Shown piece after piece: positions 38,547 through 47,123 of a DNA stretch of 52,410 nucleotides (within the stretch, counting starts at the first letter, position 1; the number at the start of each line of letters is the position of its first letter). This stretch comes from a virus. Its lineage: Duplodnaviria > Caudoviricetes. Location: IMG/VR virus record IMGVR_UViG_3300048852_000035, positions 1 to 52,410 of that record. One strand, given 5' to 3'. A program made the translations under genes and the position numbers. Below the pieces are notes generated by a model. The model was given only the letters and a program-made list of their open reading frames with translations. It did no database searches and was not told the DNA's origin.

Positions 38547-39062
38547 ATGAAAGAAGTAAAGAGAACGCGACTGGCGCAAATGATCATCAATGAACATATC
38601 CGAAGTGGCTTGACTGAGCGCGAACTGGCCACGCGCCACGGGTTTAGCCAGCAGGCGCTTCAGACATGGAAGAAGGGGGCGGTTCCGCGTCCAGTGATGT
38701 TTCCTGCTCTTGCCTCGTACCTGAATATATCGGTCGATCAGGTTGCCGAACTGGCGGAGGAGGCGAAGATTAGCTCAGGCAATACAAAGCTACCGGAACT
38801 CGGCGCTCCGGTGATGGGATCTGGCGCCGGAAACGCCATAAACATCGATAAATTCGCTAGCGGCTACGCAAAGCCGGCAGTTGGCGGCACCTACGCCGTA
38901 CGGGTCGACGGAAAACTGATGTGGGTGAACCCGCGCCTCGCCCCGCGCGACGGCAACACGGTGCTTCTGCGAACTGGATCCTCGGGTCGCCTCTCAACGT
39001 GGCCTTGTTCACTGCAGCAAGGCGAAGAGGCTCATGTCGTAACACTGGCTGAGTTGGTCTGA
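38547..39062 (+). CDS. CI-like repressor (Xre HTH + degenerate S24-like domain)
   Basis: GLTERELATRHGFSQQALQTWKKG..PRP; TYAVRVDG-KLMWVNP...PRDGNTVL. Confidence 0.8.
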   Translation: MKEVKRTRLAQMIINEHIRSGLTERELATRHGFSQQALQTWKKGAVPRPVMFPALASYLNISVDQVAELAEEAKISSGNTKLPELGAPVMGSGAGNAINIDKFASGYAKPAVGGTYAVRVDGKLMWVNPRLAPRDGNTVLLRTGSSGRLSTWPCSLQQGEEAHVVTLAELV

Positions 39063-39118
39063 GCGAGCAGTCGGAGTTTACACTTCACTCAATTTTCGAC
39101 GAAACCACAGGAGGATAA

Positions 39119-39292
39119 ATGACAAAGAATGCCGTCCAGGCACTACCCTGCAATGACCATCGGCAGGACATTTCCAGCGCTCACTCAGCATTCCTGGCTT
39201 TCGTCAGAGCCTTGGCCGTGAGGCAGGCGCGCATTGACGCCATGGTCGTGTCGGCAGCCAACGATAACGACCCCTCTAGGGCAGTGGCGTGA
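39119..39292 (+). CDS. 57-aa protein (not in ORF track) heading the peptidase-integrase operon
   Basis: AGGAGG RBS; MTKNAVQ...FLAFVRALAVRQAR...AANDN; GTGA overlap with next gene. Confidence 0.7.
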   Translation: MTKNAVQALPCNDHRQDISSAHSAFLAFVRALAVRQARIDAMVVSAANDNDPSRAVA

Positions 39293-39963
39293 TGCGCGAA
39301 ACGATCCGCATGTGCCCACCTGCGTCTGATCATATCTGGGAACACGTTGCACGGCACGAGGCCGCCCATGCTGTCGCCTATATCCTAGCCACCATCGACA
39401 TCTTCGGAAATCCGCACGGTGTCCACAGCTTACAGATCAGGCCCGATCGGACAAACATGGTTTTCGGTCGGAAGGGTCGGCCAGTCTTTTGTTGGGGTCT
39501 CTGCGAATCATCCGGCGTCTATAACGGTGTCGGCATGGGCATCGCTGAAGCGTACGTTCGGCAGAAGAGCGCGCTCATCCCCCAACGCATCAAAGCCGCC
39601 GAATGGGAAATCGTCTCCTGTATAGCTGGGCCGTTCGCGGATGTGTTTTCGCAAGGGTGCACGAGCTTGCATGCCATGCGATGGAACTCCCGATTGATGC
39701 GCGTCGGCACCAGTGACTTTGAGACAGCGGAAGCTGTATTCGCGGATCTGCGCATCCTTGCCGGAAGGCGGGCCGGATGGGTGAAGCTGCTTGAGCGTAC
39801 CCGCCGTCTGGTGATCGATCATTGGGACGCGATCGACGCCCTGGCTCATGCTCTTCTTAATAAGCATCGTCTTGAAGGTGATGAAGTCCTTGCCGTAATT
39901 GGACAGCATTCCCGAACCGTGACCGAAGCGGCACGAGCCGCCAACGACAATCGCCTACCATGA
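39289..39963 (+). CDS. HExxH zinc metallopeptidase (M41/FtsH-protease-domain-like, no ATPase)
   Basis: ARHEAAHAV, IAGPFA, TSDFE, HWDAIDALAHALL...LEGDEV. Confidence 0.8.
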   Translation: MMRETIRMCPPASDHIWEHVARHEAAHAVAYILATIDIFGNPHGVHSLQIRPDRTNMVFGRKGRPVFCWGLCESSGVYNGVGMGIAEAYVRQKSALIPQRIKAAEWEIVSCIAGPFADVFSQGCTSLHAMRWNSRLMRVGTSDFETAEAVFADLRILAGRRAGWVKLLERTRRLVIDHWDAIDALAHALLNKHRLEGDEVLAVIGQHSRTVTEAARAANDNRLP

Positions 39964-41561
39964 AGCGCGCCGTTATTTACGCCAGGTACTCCACCGACCT
40001 GCAAAACGATCAGTCAGTCGAAGACCAAATCCGACTTTGCAAGGCTCACGCTGAACGGCTGGGCCTTCAAGTCGTTCATGAATACTTCGATCGCGCAAAG
40101 TCCGGAGCGTCTATGTTCGGCCGACCTGGTTTGTCGAGCCTCATGCAGGCTGCCGAGCTAGGCTCATTCGACGTGCTCATCGCCGAGGCACCTGACCGCA
40201 TCTCCCGCGATATCGCCGACCTCGCCCACATCCACAAGACGCTTCGATTCCGCCAGGTCGAAATGAACTGCGTCAACGGCGGGCGCATGGATACCGTGCA
40301 AATTGGGATGTACGGCGTCGTCGGCCAGATGCAGAGGGAAGAGGGTGCGAAGAAGGTAAAGCGCGGCATGGTGGGTGTCGTGCGCTCTGGCCGCAATGCT
40401 GGCGGCAAGGCCTATGGCTACCGTCCTGTGCTTGGCAAGAAAGGTGAACTCGAAATCGTCGAGGAGGAAGCGACGACGGTGCGGAGAATATTCGAGCTCT
40501 ATGCCACCGGCATCTCCCCGCGCGCCATTGCCGCAACATTGAATGCTGATGGCATCCCTGCCCCGCGCGGGCTGCGCTGGAACGGCTCAACGATCAACGG
40601 CAACGGCCAGCGTGGCAACGGTATCCTGCGCAATCCGATCTACGCCGGCAGGCTGATCTGGAACCGCGTGCACATGGTCAAAGACCCGTCAACCGGCCGG
40701 CGCATCTCGCGCATCAATCCAGAAAGCGAATACGAAGAGATCGACGCGCCTCACCTTCGCATTGTCGACCAGTCGCTCTTCGACGCCGTACAGGTACGTA
40801 AAGAGGCGACGGGAGGCGCACGTGCCCGAGACGTGCCGAAGTCCAAGCGCTTGCTTTCCGGCCTGTTGCGCTGTGGCTGCTGTGGCGGCGGCATGGCGCT
40901 GATCGGCGTTGACCGCAGCGGCCCGCGGATTCAGTGCAGCACCTATCGGGAATCGCGAAGCTGCACAAACGGCGCTCGCTATTACATTGAGAAGCTCGAG
41001 CGCCAGGTGCTCGACAGCTTGCGCATCCAGTTTGCTGACACGGCCATCATCGACGAATACGTAAAGGCCTATCGCGAAGAACGTCGCCGAATTGAAGCCG
41101 AGGCACGCAGAAACCGGAGCACTTCCGAGAAATCTCTTGCCGACGCTAAGGCAGGTATCACGCGAATCGTCGAACGGATCGCCAAGGGCCTAATCGATGA
41201 CGAAGAGGCGGCATCAATGCTACAGCCACTGCGGCAAGAGCGAGAGCGGCTCGAGCGAGAGCTCGCAGCAAGTGAGGCGCCGTCGAACGTTATCGAGCTT
41301 CACCCGCAAGCCGTTAAGCGTTTCAAGGAAAACGTCGAGCATCTTGCCGACATCGTCGCAACAAAGACCGGCACGGTTGACGTTGGCGCGGCAAGCGCCT
41401 TCCGTCAGTTGGTGGCGGCAGTTATCGTTCACCCAAGGGAGAAAGGAGAGCCGTACACAATCCAAATAAAAGGATACTTGTCGAGCCTTATCGATTCCAC
41501 ACTGTCGGCTATTTCGTTGGTAGCGGAGGAGGGATTCGAACCCCCGACACAAGGATTATGA
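39960..41561 (+). CDS. Large serine recombinase (prophage integrase)
   Basis: YARYSTDLQ catalytic Ser, DRISR, ILRNPIYAG, Zn ribbon LLRCGCCG, coiled coil; ends inside the tRNA-derived repeat. Confidence 0.95.
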   Translation: MKRAVIYARYSTDLQNDQSVEDQIRLCKAHAERLGLQVVHEYFDRAKSGASMFGRPGLSSLMQAAELGSFDVLIAEAPDRISRDIADLAHIHKTLRFRQVEMNCVNGGRMDTVQIGMYGVVGQMQREEGAKKVKRGMVGVVRSGRNAGGKAYGYRPVLGKKGELEIVEEEATTVRRIFELYATGISPRAIAATLNADGIPAPRGLRWNGSTINGNGQRGNGILRNPIYAGRLIWNRVHMVKDPSTGRRISRINPESEYEEIDAPHLRIVDQSLFDAVQVRKEATGGARARDVPKSKRLLSGLLRCGCCGGGMALIGVDRSGPRIQCSTYRESRSCTNGARYYIEKLERQVLDSLRIQFADTAIIDEYVKAYREERRRIEAEARRNRSTSEKSLADAKAGITRIVERIAKGLIDDEEAASMLQPLRQERERLERELAASEAPSNVIELHPQAVKRFKENVEHLADIVATKTGTVDVGAASAFRQLVAAVIVHPREKGEPYTIQIKGYLSSLIDSTLSAISLVAEEGFEPPTQGL

Positions 41562-41565
41562 TTCC
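41516..41565. repeat. 50-bp direct repeat of the tRNA-Met 3' portion (satellite left att; includes the prophage right att core)
   Basis: GTTGGTAGCGGAGGAGGGATTCGAACCCCCGACACAAGGATTATGATTCC identical to 52283-52332. Confidence 0.97.
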
Positions 41566-41600
41566 CGTGTCAACCTTGTTTTTATTGGGCTTTTTGCATT

Positions 41601-41621
41601 TATGTCGCAGTTATGTCGCAA
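41601..41621. repeat. Integrase arm-type sites (TATGTCGCA x2)
   Basis: TATGTCGCAGTTATGTCGCAA; the same motif recurs at 52136-52156 and inverted at 52205-52223. Confidence 0.8.
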
Positions 41622-41647
41622 TGAGCCCTGCCTTGTAGCGCTAGCCT

Positions 41648-42886
41648 TTAGCCTAGAAGGGACCGCTCAGCAGCGGCTAGCTCGTCGGCATCGTCGCCGC
41701 GCGGGAAAAGGTGCCCGTAGGTGTCCAGCGTCATCTGAATAGAAGAGTGGCCCAGCCTTTCCTGCACCGACTTGACCGGCAGCTCTAGGCCGCCGTCAAC
41801 CTTTCGGTTGATGCACCACGAGGCAAAGAAGTGCCGGAGCGAGTGAAGGCCCGTGTACTTCGCCAGCATGACGGGTTTGCCGTTCTTGTCCAGTTCCTCT
41901 GAGGGAACCGAGACCCCTGCCCTGACACCAGCCGGGATCAGCGCCCGGTTGATGATGTTAGCGTGGCTTTCGATGTTGCCGTTCCCGTTGGGGAAGACGT
42001 AATGAAGCTCGCGAATGGGATTGCCGGCAGCATCGACCCGGCCGGTATCACGTCGCGGGCAACCAAGGCGCCATTCCCGGAGAGTGTTGATGACGAATGG
42101 CGGGATCGGAATTGTCCTCTCGCCCGCCTCCGTCTTCGGTCGCCCGATTTTGCCGTACTCGTCCGCTCGTTGGGTGACGCTAATCGAACGTCCCTCCAGA
42201 TCAACATCCTCCCAGCGCAGTCCGCGCAACTCCGAAGATCGCATACCGCTGAAGATCGCGGTTATCAGCAGCGGACGCCAGTGACCCATGCCGTCGAGCG
42301 CATTGATGATCGCGCGGACCTCGGCCGGCGCCGGGATATGCACGCCCACCTTGAGCTTGCCCTTGTGACGCTTCTCAGCCCGAGCCTCTTTTCCCTTTCG
42401 GCGCTGGCGCATGTCCCTGACTGGGTTCCGCGTTGCCAGCCCGCGTTCAACCGCATCGCCCAGGATACCGCCGAGTGACACGAGCACCTTCTTGATCATC
42501 GCGGCAGACCGGCCATTCTCCCTGAGCTTGTCCTCGAACTCCCGAATCAACGGCACCGACAGCTTGGAGACCAGCGTATCGCCGAGAAACTCCTCGATAT
42601 GAAATTTCAGATGACGCTTTCGCTGATCTATGGAGCTGCGCTCAAGGCCCTCCCCTTCGCCGGTTGCAATCCATAGCTCGGCGGCCTTCTTGACGGTAAC
42701 GCTATCGCGGTCGGCAACGTGAACGCCTTCCTTAACCTCCATATGTGCTTTGCTGGCGAAGGTGTCCGCGTCTTTCTTCTTCGCGAACGTCTTCTGGCGC
42801 TTTACCCCTTTGGTGTCGAAGTAAGTGACAATCCACGCCTCTTTCTGAACGCCGTGCCCAGTCCATGTGCGCTTACGTACCGACAT
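41648..42886 (-). CDS. Tyrosine integrase (satellite)
   Basis: SGMRSSE, RPKT, HSLRH, LGHSSIQMTLDTY catalytic residues. Confidence 0.95.
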   Translation of the reverse strand: MSVRKRTWTGHGVQKEAWIVTYFDTKGVKRQKTFAKKKDADTFASKAHMEVKEGVHVADRDSVTVKKAAELWIATGEGEGLERSSIDQRKRHLKFHIEEFLGDTLVSKLSVPLIREFEDKLRENGRSAAMIKKVLVSLGGILGDAVERGLATRNPVRDMRQRRKGKEARAEKRHKGKLKVGVHIPAPAEVRAIINALDGMGHWRPLLITAIFSGMRSSELRGLRWEDVDLEGRSISVTQRADEYGKIGRPKTEAGERTIPIPPFVINTLREWRLGCPRRDTGRVDAAGNPIRELHYVFPNGNGNIESHANIINRALIPAGVRAGVSVPSEELDKNGKPVMLAKYTGLHSLRHFFASWCINRKVDGGLELPVKSVQERLGHSSIQMTLDTYGHLFPRGDDADELAAAERSLLG

Positions 42887-42913
42887 GATCAGTTCCTCCC
42901 TCTCGGTTGCGCT

Positions 42914-43408
42914 TCATTCGTCGTCCTCGTCTAAACGGTCCTCCTCAATGGCCTGGAGCATGACCTGCACCATCTTGGCCCTCTCTTCCGCCTCTTTCCG
43001 GATTTCATCGGCTTCCTTGGTCTTGTCGGTCACCTTGCCGTCGGCCCGCAGGCGGTGCACCTGCTCCGTCAATGAGGTCACTTCAACCATGAGCGGCGTA
43101 AGCGCCTTGGTAAGATCGCCGAGAGCGAGAAGCGCGGCTTTTAAGGTCAGATCATGATCGAGTGGATCAGATGTAATCGCGTCGGTCCGGCTGAGAAGCT
43201 GCACGTACGCCTCTCGCAGCTGGTGATAGATGCCGTCGACCGGCGCATCGACCCGCAAGGCCAGTTGGGTTAACCGCCTCACGGCATCTGCCCGGGTTCC
43301 TACGCGGTTGTTGAAACGCCATGTGTCAATCGCTTCAAGCTCGCCGGGCGAGATCAGCATATGCAGGCGCTCGGTCTTCTTTGATTGGGCGGCGTCATCA
43401 TTCGTCAT
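42914..43408 (-). CDS. Ribbon-helix-helix-type regulator (probable satellite repressor)
   Basis: TERLHMLISPGELEAIDTWRFNNRVGTRADAVRRL. Confidence 0.75.
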   Translation of the reverse strand: MTNDDAAQSKKTERLHMLISPGELEAIDTWRFNNRVGTRADAVRRLTQLALRVDAPVDGIYHQLREAYVQLLSRTDAITSDPLDHDLTLKAALLALGDLTKALTPLMVEVTSLTEQVHRLRADGKVTDKTKEADEIRKEAEERAKMVQVMLQAIEEDRLDEDDE

Positions 43409-43441
43409 CTACGATCCCCTTTCTGTCCCTTCATGCACCTT

Positions 43442-43495
43442 ATGCACATATTGTTGTTGTGGGCAATCCGTGTCCGTCCTATGTTATATGTGCAT
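43442..43495. promoter_or_regulatory. Inverted-repeat operator between the divergent satellite regulators
   Basis: ATGCACATAT (43442-43451) / ATATGTGCAT (43486-43495). Confidence 0.65.
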
Positions 43496-43529
43496 GTGAC
43501 ACATTAACCGCATATAGAAGGGATCGAAG

Positions 43530-43736
43530 ATGACGCTCGACGAAGCACTTTCCCGCCCGACGCTTCCCGTCCCTGATGCAGGCCGCGTCTTCTATGGCCT
43601 GAGCCGGAACGGCAGCTATGAGGCGGCCAAGCGTGGCGACATTCCAACAATAAAAATCGGCCGCAAGATTATGGTGCCCGTTGCATTGATCGCAGACCGG
43701 CTAGGACTTCATCACAATCTAAGTGAGCAAAGTTGA
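43530..43736 (+). CDS. AlpA/excisionase-like DNA-binding protein
   Basis: GLSRNGSYEAAKRGDIPTIKIGRKIMVP. Confidence 0.85.
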   Translation: MTLDEALSRPTLPVPDAGRVFYGLSRNGSYEAAKRGDIPTIKIGRKIMVPVALIADRLGLHHNLSEQS

Positions 43737-43867
43737 TTGAGCCTGCCGCTGAAGTTTGCCGCGCGCCAGGCTCAGGCTCGATCACGATGGTGGGGGAAGT
43801 GAAAAGATAACCTGAGCTTTGGCTCGCGTCAATTTTGGCGGCGGTTTCCGCAAGGGAGATCGCACGA

Positions 43868-44395
43868 ATGACGAATTTCGCATCCTATCCCAATCTCGGC
43901 GGCTATCCTCGGCTGACGCAAAATCACTTGGATTGGCTTTGCGCGCAGGGCGTGTCGCTGTCGGCGTTGCGAGGTCCGCCGATGATCTTGCTCGCTGACG
44001 GGGTCCGGGCGGCTGATGGCTGCTTTGAGCACGATGCGGATGGTCAGCAATGGCTGGCTTTTCCTGAGCATGACGATGTCATCTACTGGCAGCCGCGATC
44101 CGGCGAGTTTGCGACATGGAACAATCGGCGCTTCGCGCTCGGAGAGGACGCGATTCACGCCGCAGCGACCTACTCGTTCGGCCACTGCCTTAACATCCTC
44201 GAAAGCCCGCTCGAATGGCTTCGGGCCAGTCGTGACGGGATCGTGATCGTCGATTGGGATCAAGCGTTCGACCGGCTCCGCGATGTCCAGCGCATCGCCG
44301 TCGTCGAAAGCCTTCTGAGTAAGTTGGAGCATCATTTACAGCCGCCGCGCCTACCGGAAATCTTCGTTTTGCCACGACGGGAGGCGGTGGCATGA
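43868..44395 (+). CDS. Hypothetical protein coupled to the helicase (possible degenerate primase-like fold)
   Basis: AGGGAG RBS; LESPLEWLRA..DGIVIVDW; ATGA overlap. Confidence 0.7.
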   Translation: MTNFASYPNLGGYPRLTQNHLDWLCAQGVSLSALRGPPMILLADGVRAADGCFEHDADGQQWLAFPEHDDVIYWQPRSGEFATWNNRRFALGEDAIHAAATYSFGHCLNILESPLEWLRASRDGIVIVDWDQAFDRLRDVQRIAVVESLLSKLEHHLQPPRLPEIFVLPRREAVA

Positions 44396-45528
44396 GCGGC
44401 GCCGCTTCCGCAATCGGAGACCCAATTCCCAAGCGGCAATACCGCCGCGCGCAAGAGCGTGCGAGGCGGAAATTTGCGCTCACCTTTCTTTCCGAGATCG
44501 TCGTCGACGATGCCGACCCGGAATTCTTGGTCGACGATCTGCTCCCGTTGCGCGGACTGGCGACGATCTATGGCCCACCCGGCTCGGCCAAGACATTCCT
44601 TGCCCTTGACCTTGCCCTTTCCGTTGCCGGCGGCCTGCCGTTCTTCGGCAAGCCGGTAAGCCAGGGCGGCGTTGTTTATATCGCCGCCGAGGCGGGTGAC
44701 GGGCTGAGAAAACGCGTCATCGCCGCCCGCGAAGATAAGGCCATACCGCCCGATATCGCGCCGTTCGCGATGATGGCATTGGCGCCCAATCTCGGCCCCA
44801 AGAGGAGCGAGGCCGCCCCGCTGATCGCCGACATGCAAGCGGAATGGCCCAGTGATGCCGGGCCGATCCGGCTCATCGTCATAGATACCTTGGCGCGCAC
44901 ACTGCGAGGCGACGAGAATTCCGCCGCCGACATGGGAGCCTTCGTCGCCAATGCCGCTGCCATCGCCGCCGCATTCAATTGCCTCGTGCTCGTCATTCAT
45001 CACAGCGGAAAGGATGCTGAGCGCGGGATGCGCGGATCGTCCAACCTAAACGGAGCGACCGATGCCGAATGGCAGATATCGAGCAAGGACGGCATCCGCA
45101 CGGTTTCTCTGCACAAGATGAAGGATGGAGAGCACGGCCTAGAGTGGTCCTTCCGGCTGGAAAAACGGCAGGTTTCGGGCAATTCCGGCAAGCGCCCCCG
45201 ATCCACGTGCGTCGTCGTTGCCGAAACCGAACCGAAACCTGTGGAGGGCAAGCCGAGGCGCGATCCGCCGAAGGGAGTGAGGAAGCTGGTTTGGGAGGCT
45301 GTCCTCGATGCGCTTGGCACCTATGGCGAGCTGATGCCGGTTTGCGAGGACTTGCCGCGCTGCAAGGGCGTGAACCGCAAGTATGTCCGGAAAAACGCTA
45401 TCTCGCGCGGCGTCGGCAACCCCGACAACCCGGATGGCCAACGCGCCCTGATCAGCAAGGAACTGGCCAATCTGAACGCCGATGGCTGGATCAAGCAATG
45501 GGAGGATTGGATATGGCTGCCGCACTGA
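44392..45528 (+). CDS. AAA_25 / RepA-family replicative helicase
   Basis: GPPGSAKT, YIAAE, IVIDTL, IHHSGKD, RGSS. Confidence 0.92.
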   Translation: MSGAASAIGDPIPKRQYRRAQERARRKFALTFLSEIVVDDADPEFLVDDLLPLRGLATIYGPPGSAKTFLALDLALSVAGGLPFFGKPVSQGGVVYIAAEAGDGLRKRVIAAREDKAIPPDIAPFAMMALAPNLGPKRSEAAPLIADMQAEWPSDAGPIRLIVIDTLARTLRGDENSAADMGAFVANAAAIAAAFNCLVLVIHHSGKDAERGMRGSSNLNGATDAEWQISSKDGIRTVSLHKMKDGEHGLEWSFRLEKRQVSGNSGKRPRSTCVVVAETEPKPVEGKPRRDPPKGVRKLVWEAVLDALGTYGELMPVCEDLPRCKGVNRKYVRKNAISRGVGNPDNPDGQRALISKELANLNADGWIKQWEDWIWLPH

Positions 45529-45690
45529 GCGAAACCCGCGAAACTTTGCTGAAACCTTCCCCGAAAGACGCGGGCGCAACGTCCCAGCCGCAGTACCACT
45601 CACCGAAACCTGGGGGGATGAAAACCTCCCCCCCTACGGGGGAGGTTTCACCCCGTTTCGGAGGTACGGAGGCGTTGCGGCGGTTTCGGG
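45529..45690. repeat. Iteron cluster, probable satellite origin
   Basis: GAAAC at 45531, 45540, 45551, 45605 and GTTTC at 45645, 45655, 45683 around the palindrome GAAAACCTCCCCC..GGGGGAGGTTTC (45620-45649). Confidence 0.7.
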
Positions 45691-45718
45691 GGGTTCAGGA
45701 AGAAGAGGAGAAAGGAAA

Positions 45719-46387
45719 GTGACCGACATGATGACCAAAGGTGAACGCGAGGACCTGCAACGCCTGATCCGACAACGTGAGAAGGTGCTGAAAAGCGCAG
45801 CCAAGCAGCGATCAACAGAACTGCTTGCCGACTTCGAAAACCAGATATCCGCGATGTACCAGTTCGACGACGACGAGGTTTGGGCAGCGGCCGAAAAGGC
45901 GGCAGCGGTAGAAGTTGAAAAGGCGCAACAGCGCGTGGCAGCCCGCTGCGCGGAACTCGGCATCCCCAAGCAATTCGCGCCCAGCCTCAATCTCTACTGG
46001 AGCGGACGCAGCTATCATAATGGCGTCAAGAAACGCCGTGATGAACTGCGCCTGGCGGCAAAAGCGCAGGTCGCCGCGCTGGAACAGAAGGCCGTTGTCG
46101 CTATCGAAACGGCATCCGTAGAGGCGCAAACGCAGGTCGCCGTCGCCGGCCTGACGAGTGAAGCAGCGCGCGCCTTCATGGCTAATCTCCCCGCCGTCGA
46201 TACCCTGATGCCGTCGCTGTCCTATCAAGAGATCGCGGGCGAAAGCGATACGCCGATAGTCGAGCAAATGCTGACGCCCAACGCCCTGCGGCAACGCCGA
46301 TTTCGGGAACGCCAAAAGGCGTTACGTAACGGGAGTGTAACACCTGAAAATGCTCAGGTTGATGATCTTCAGGAGGAAAAATCATGA
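45719..46387 (+). CDS. Helical hypothetical protein
   Basis: GAGGAGAAAGGA RBS; C-terminal NALRQRRFRERQK basic motif. Confidence 0.8.
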   Translation: MTDMMTKGEREDLQRLIRQREKVLKSAAKQRSTELLADFENQISAMYQFDDDEVWAAAEKAAAVEVEKAQQRVAARCAELGIPKQFAPSLNLYWSGRSYHNGVKKRRDELRLAAKAQVAALEQKAVVAIETASVEAQTQVAVAGLTSEAARAFMANLPAVDTLMPSLSYQEIAGESDTPIVEQMLTPNALRQRRFRERQKALRNGSVTPENAQVDDLQEEKS

Positions 46388-46647
46388 CCACCTTCAACGA
46401 GAGCCAGAACCGCATTCTCCTTGCCCTCGTCGAGCAGGCCGTCGAGGGAGCCCGTCGCAAAGGCAAGATGACCGAGGTAGACGCGCTGCTCGGCCTTCAA
46501 TTTTGCGTGGCGCTGAACAGCGAGGCGATAGTCGGCTCGCGACAGGCTGCAGCGTCATTGCGCGACATCGCTGACCAGATGGAACAACGCGGACTCGAGC
46601 CGCTGCGGCTCCCGAAGAAAAACATCGTGGCTGACGATGAGGCGTAA
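46384..46647 (+). CDS. Hypothetical protein
   Basis: AGGAGG RBS, ATGA overlap. Confidence 0.75.
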   Translation: MTTFNESQNRILLALVEQAVEGARRKGKMTEVDALLGLQFCVALNSEAIVGSRQAAASLRDIADQMEQRGLEPLRLPKKNIVADDEA

Positions 46648-46671
46648 CACCAGCGCGAAAGGAGGCCACCC

Positions 46672-46950
46672 ATGTCAAAGGAGCCAAAAATTTCATTGAC
46701 GGAAAAAGCGAAGCAAGTGGCGTGCGATGCGATCATCGAACGCGCCGTCGTGAAGATGGTCGTAGAGGCCGGCGCGCCGGTCTCGCTGGTGATCGACCGG
46801 CTGCTGACATATGCCGCCGGGCAGGCCGCGACATTGGAGGGATCAGCCGTCACGGCCGAGCATTTCCGGCGCTTCGCGGATCAGATCGAGAGCGGGCTGT
46901 TCTGGTCGATTACCGGTGAGGACAAGCCGAGCGGGGGGACGGCGAATTGA
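46672..46950 (+). CDS. Hypothetical protein
   Basis: AGGAGG RBS; 92 aa. Confidence 0.75.
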   Translation: MSKEPKISLTEKAKQVACDAIIERAVVKMVVEAGAPVSLVIDRLLTYAAGQAATLEGSAVTAEHFRRFADQIESGLFWSITGEDKPSGGTAN

Positions 46951-47123
46951 CCCCCACGGAAAACTTTCCTATCTTGTGGGTGGCTCGATTGTGCACGCGC
47001 CAGCGGCAGGACCGCGACGCAAAGCCGACGCGCCACTTCGATCAGCAGCGGCTGGCCCGCGCCCGAAGCAACCCAACGACGAGCGATTTGCGCTCGCGTG
47101 CTTTGACGCGCCCGAGGTGAGCC

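Larger units (their letters stand above)
115..41529. mobile_element. Complete-looking temperate siphoprophage (HK97-like head, serine integrase), ~41.4 kb, integrated at the 3' end of tRNA-Met
   Basis: Identical 13-bp TTGGTAGCGGAGG at 115-127 and 41517-41529; encloses integrase, repressor, replication, head, tail and lysis modules. Confidence 0.92.

Noticed and set aside
41516-41565. Second tRNA-Met gene
   Set aside because: Only the 3' 48 nt are present; the D-arm and 5' acceptor strand are missing
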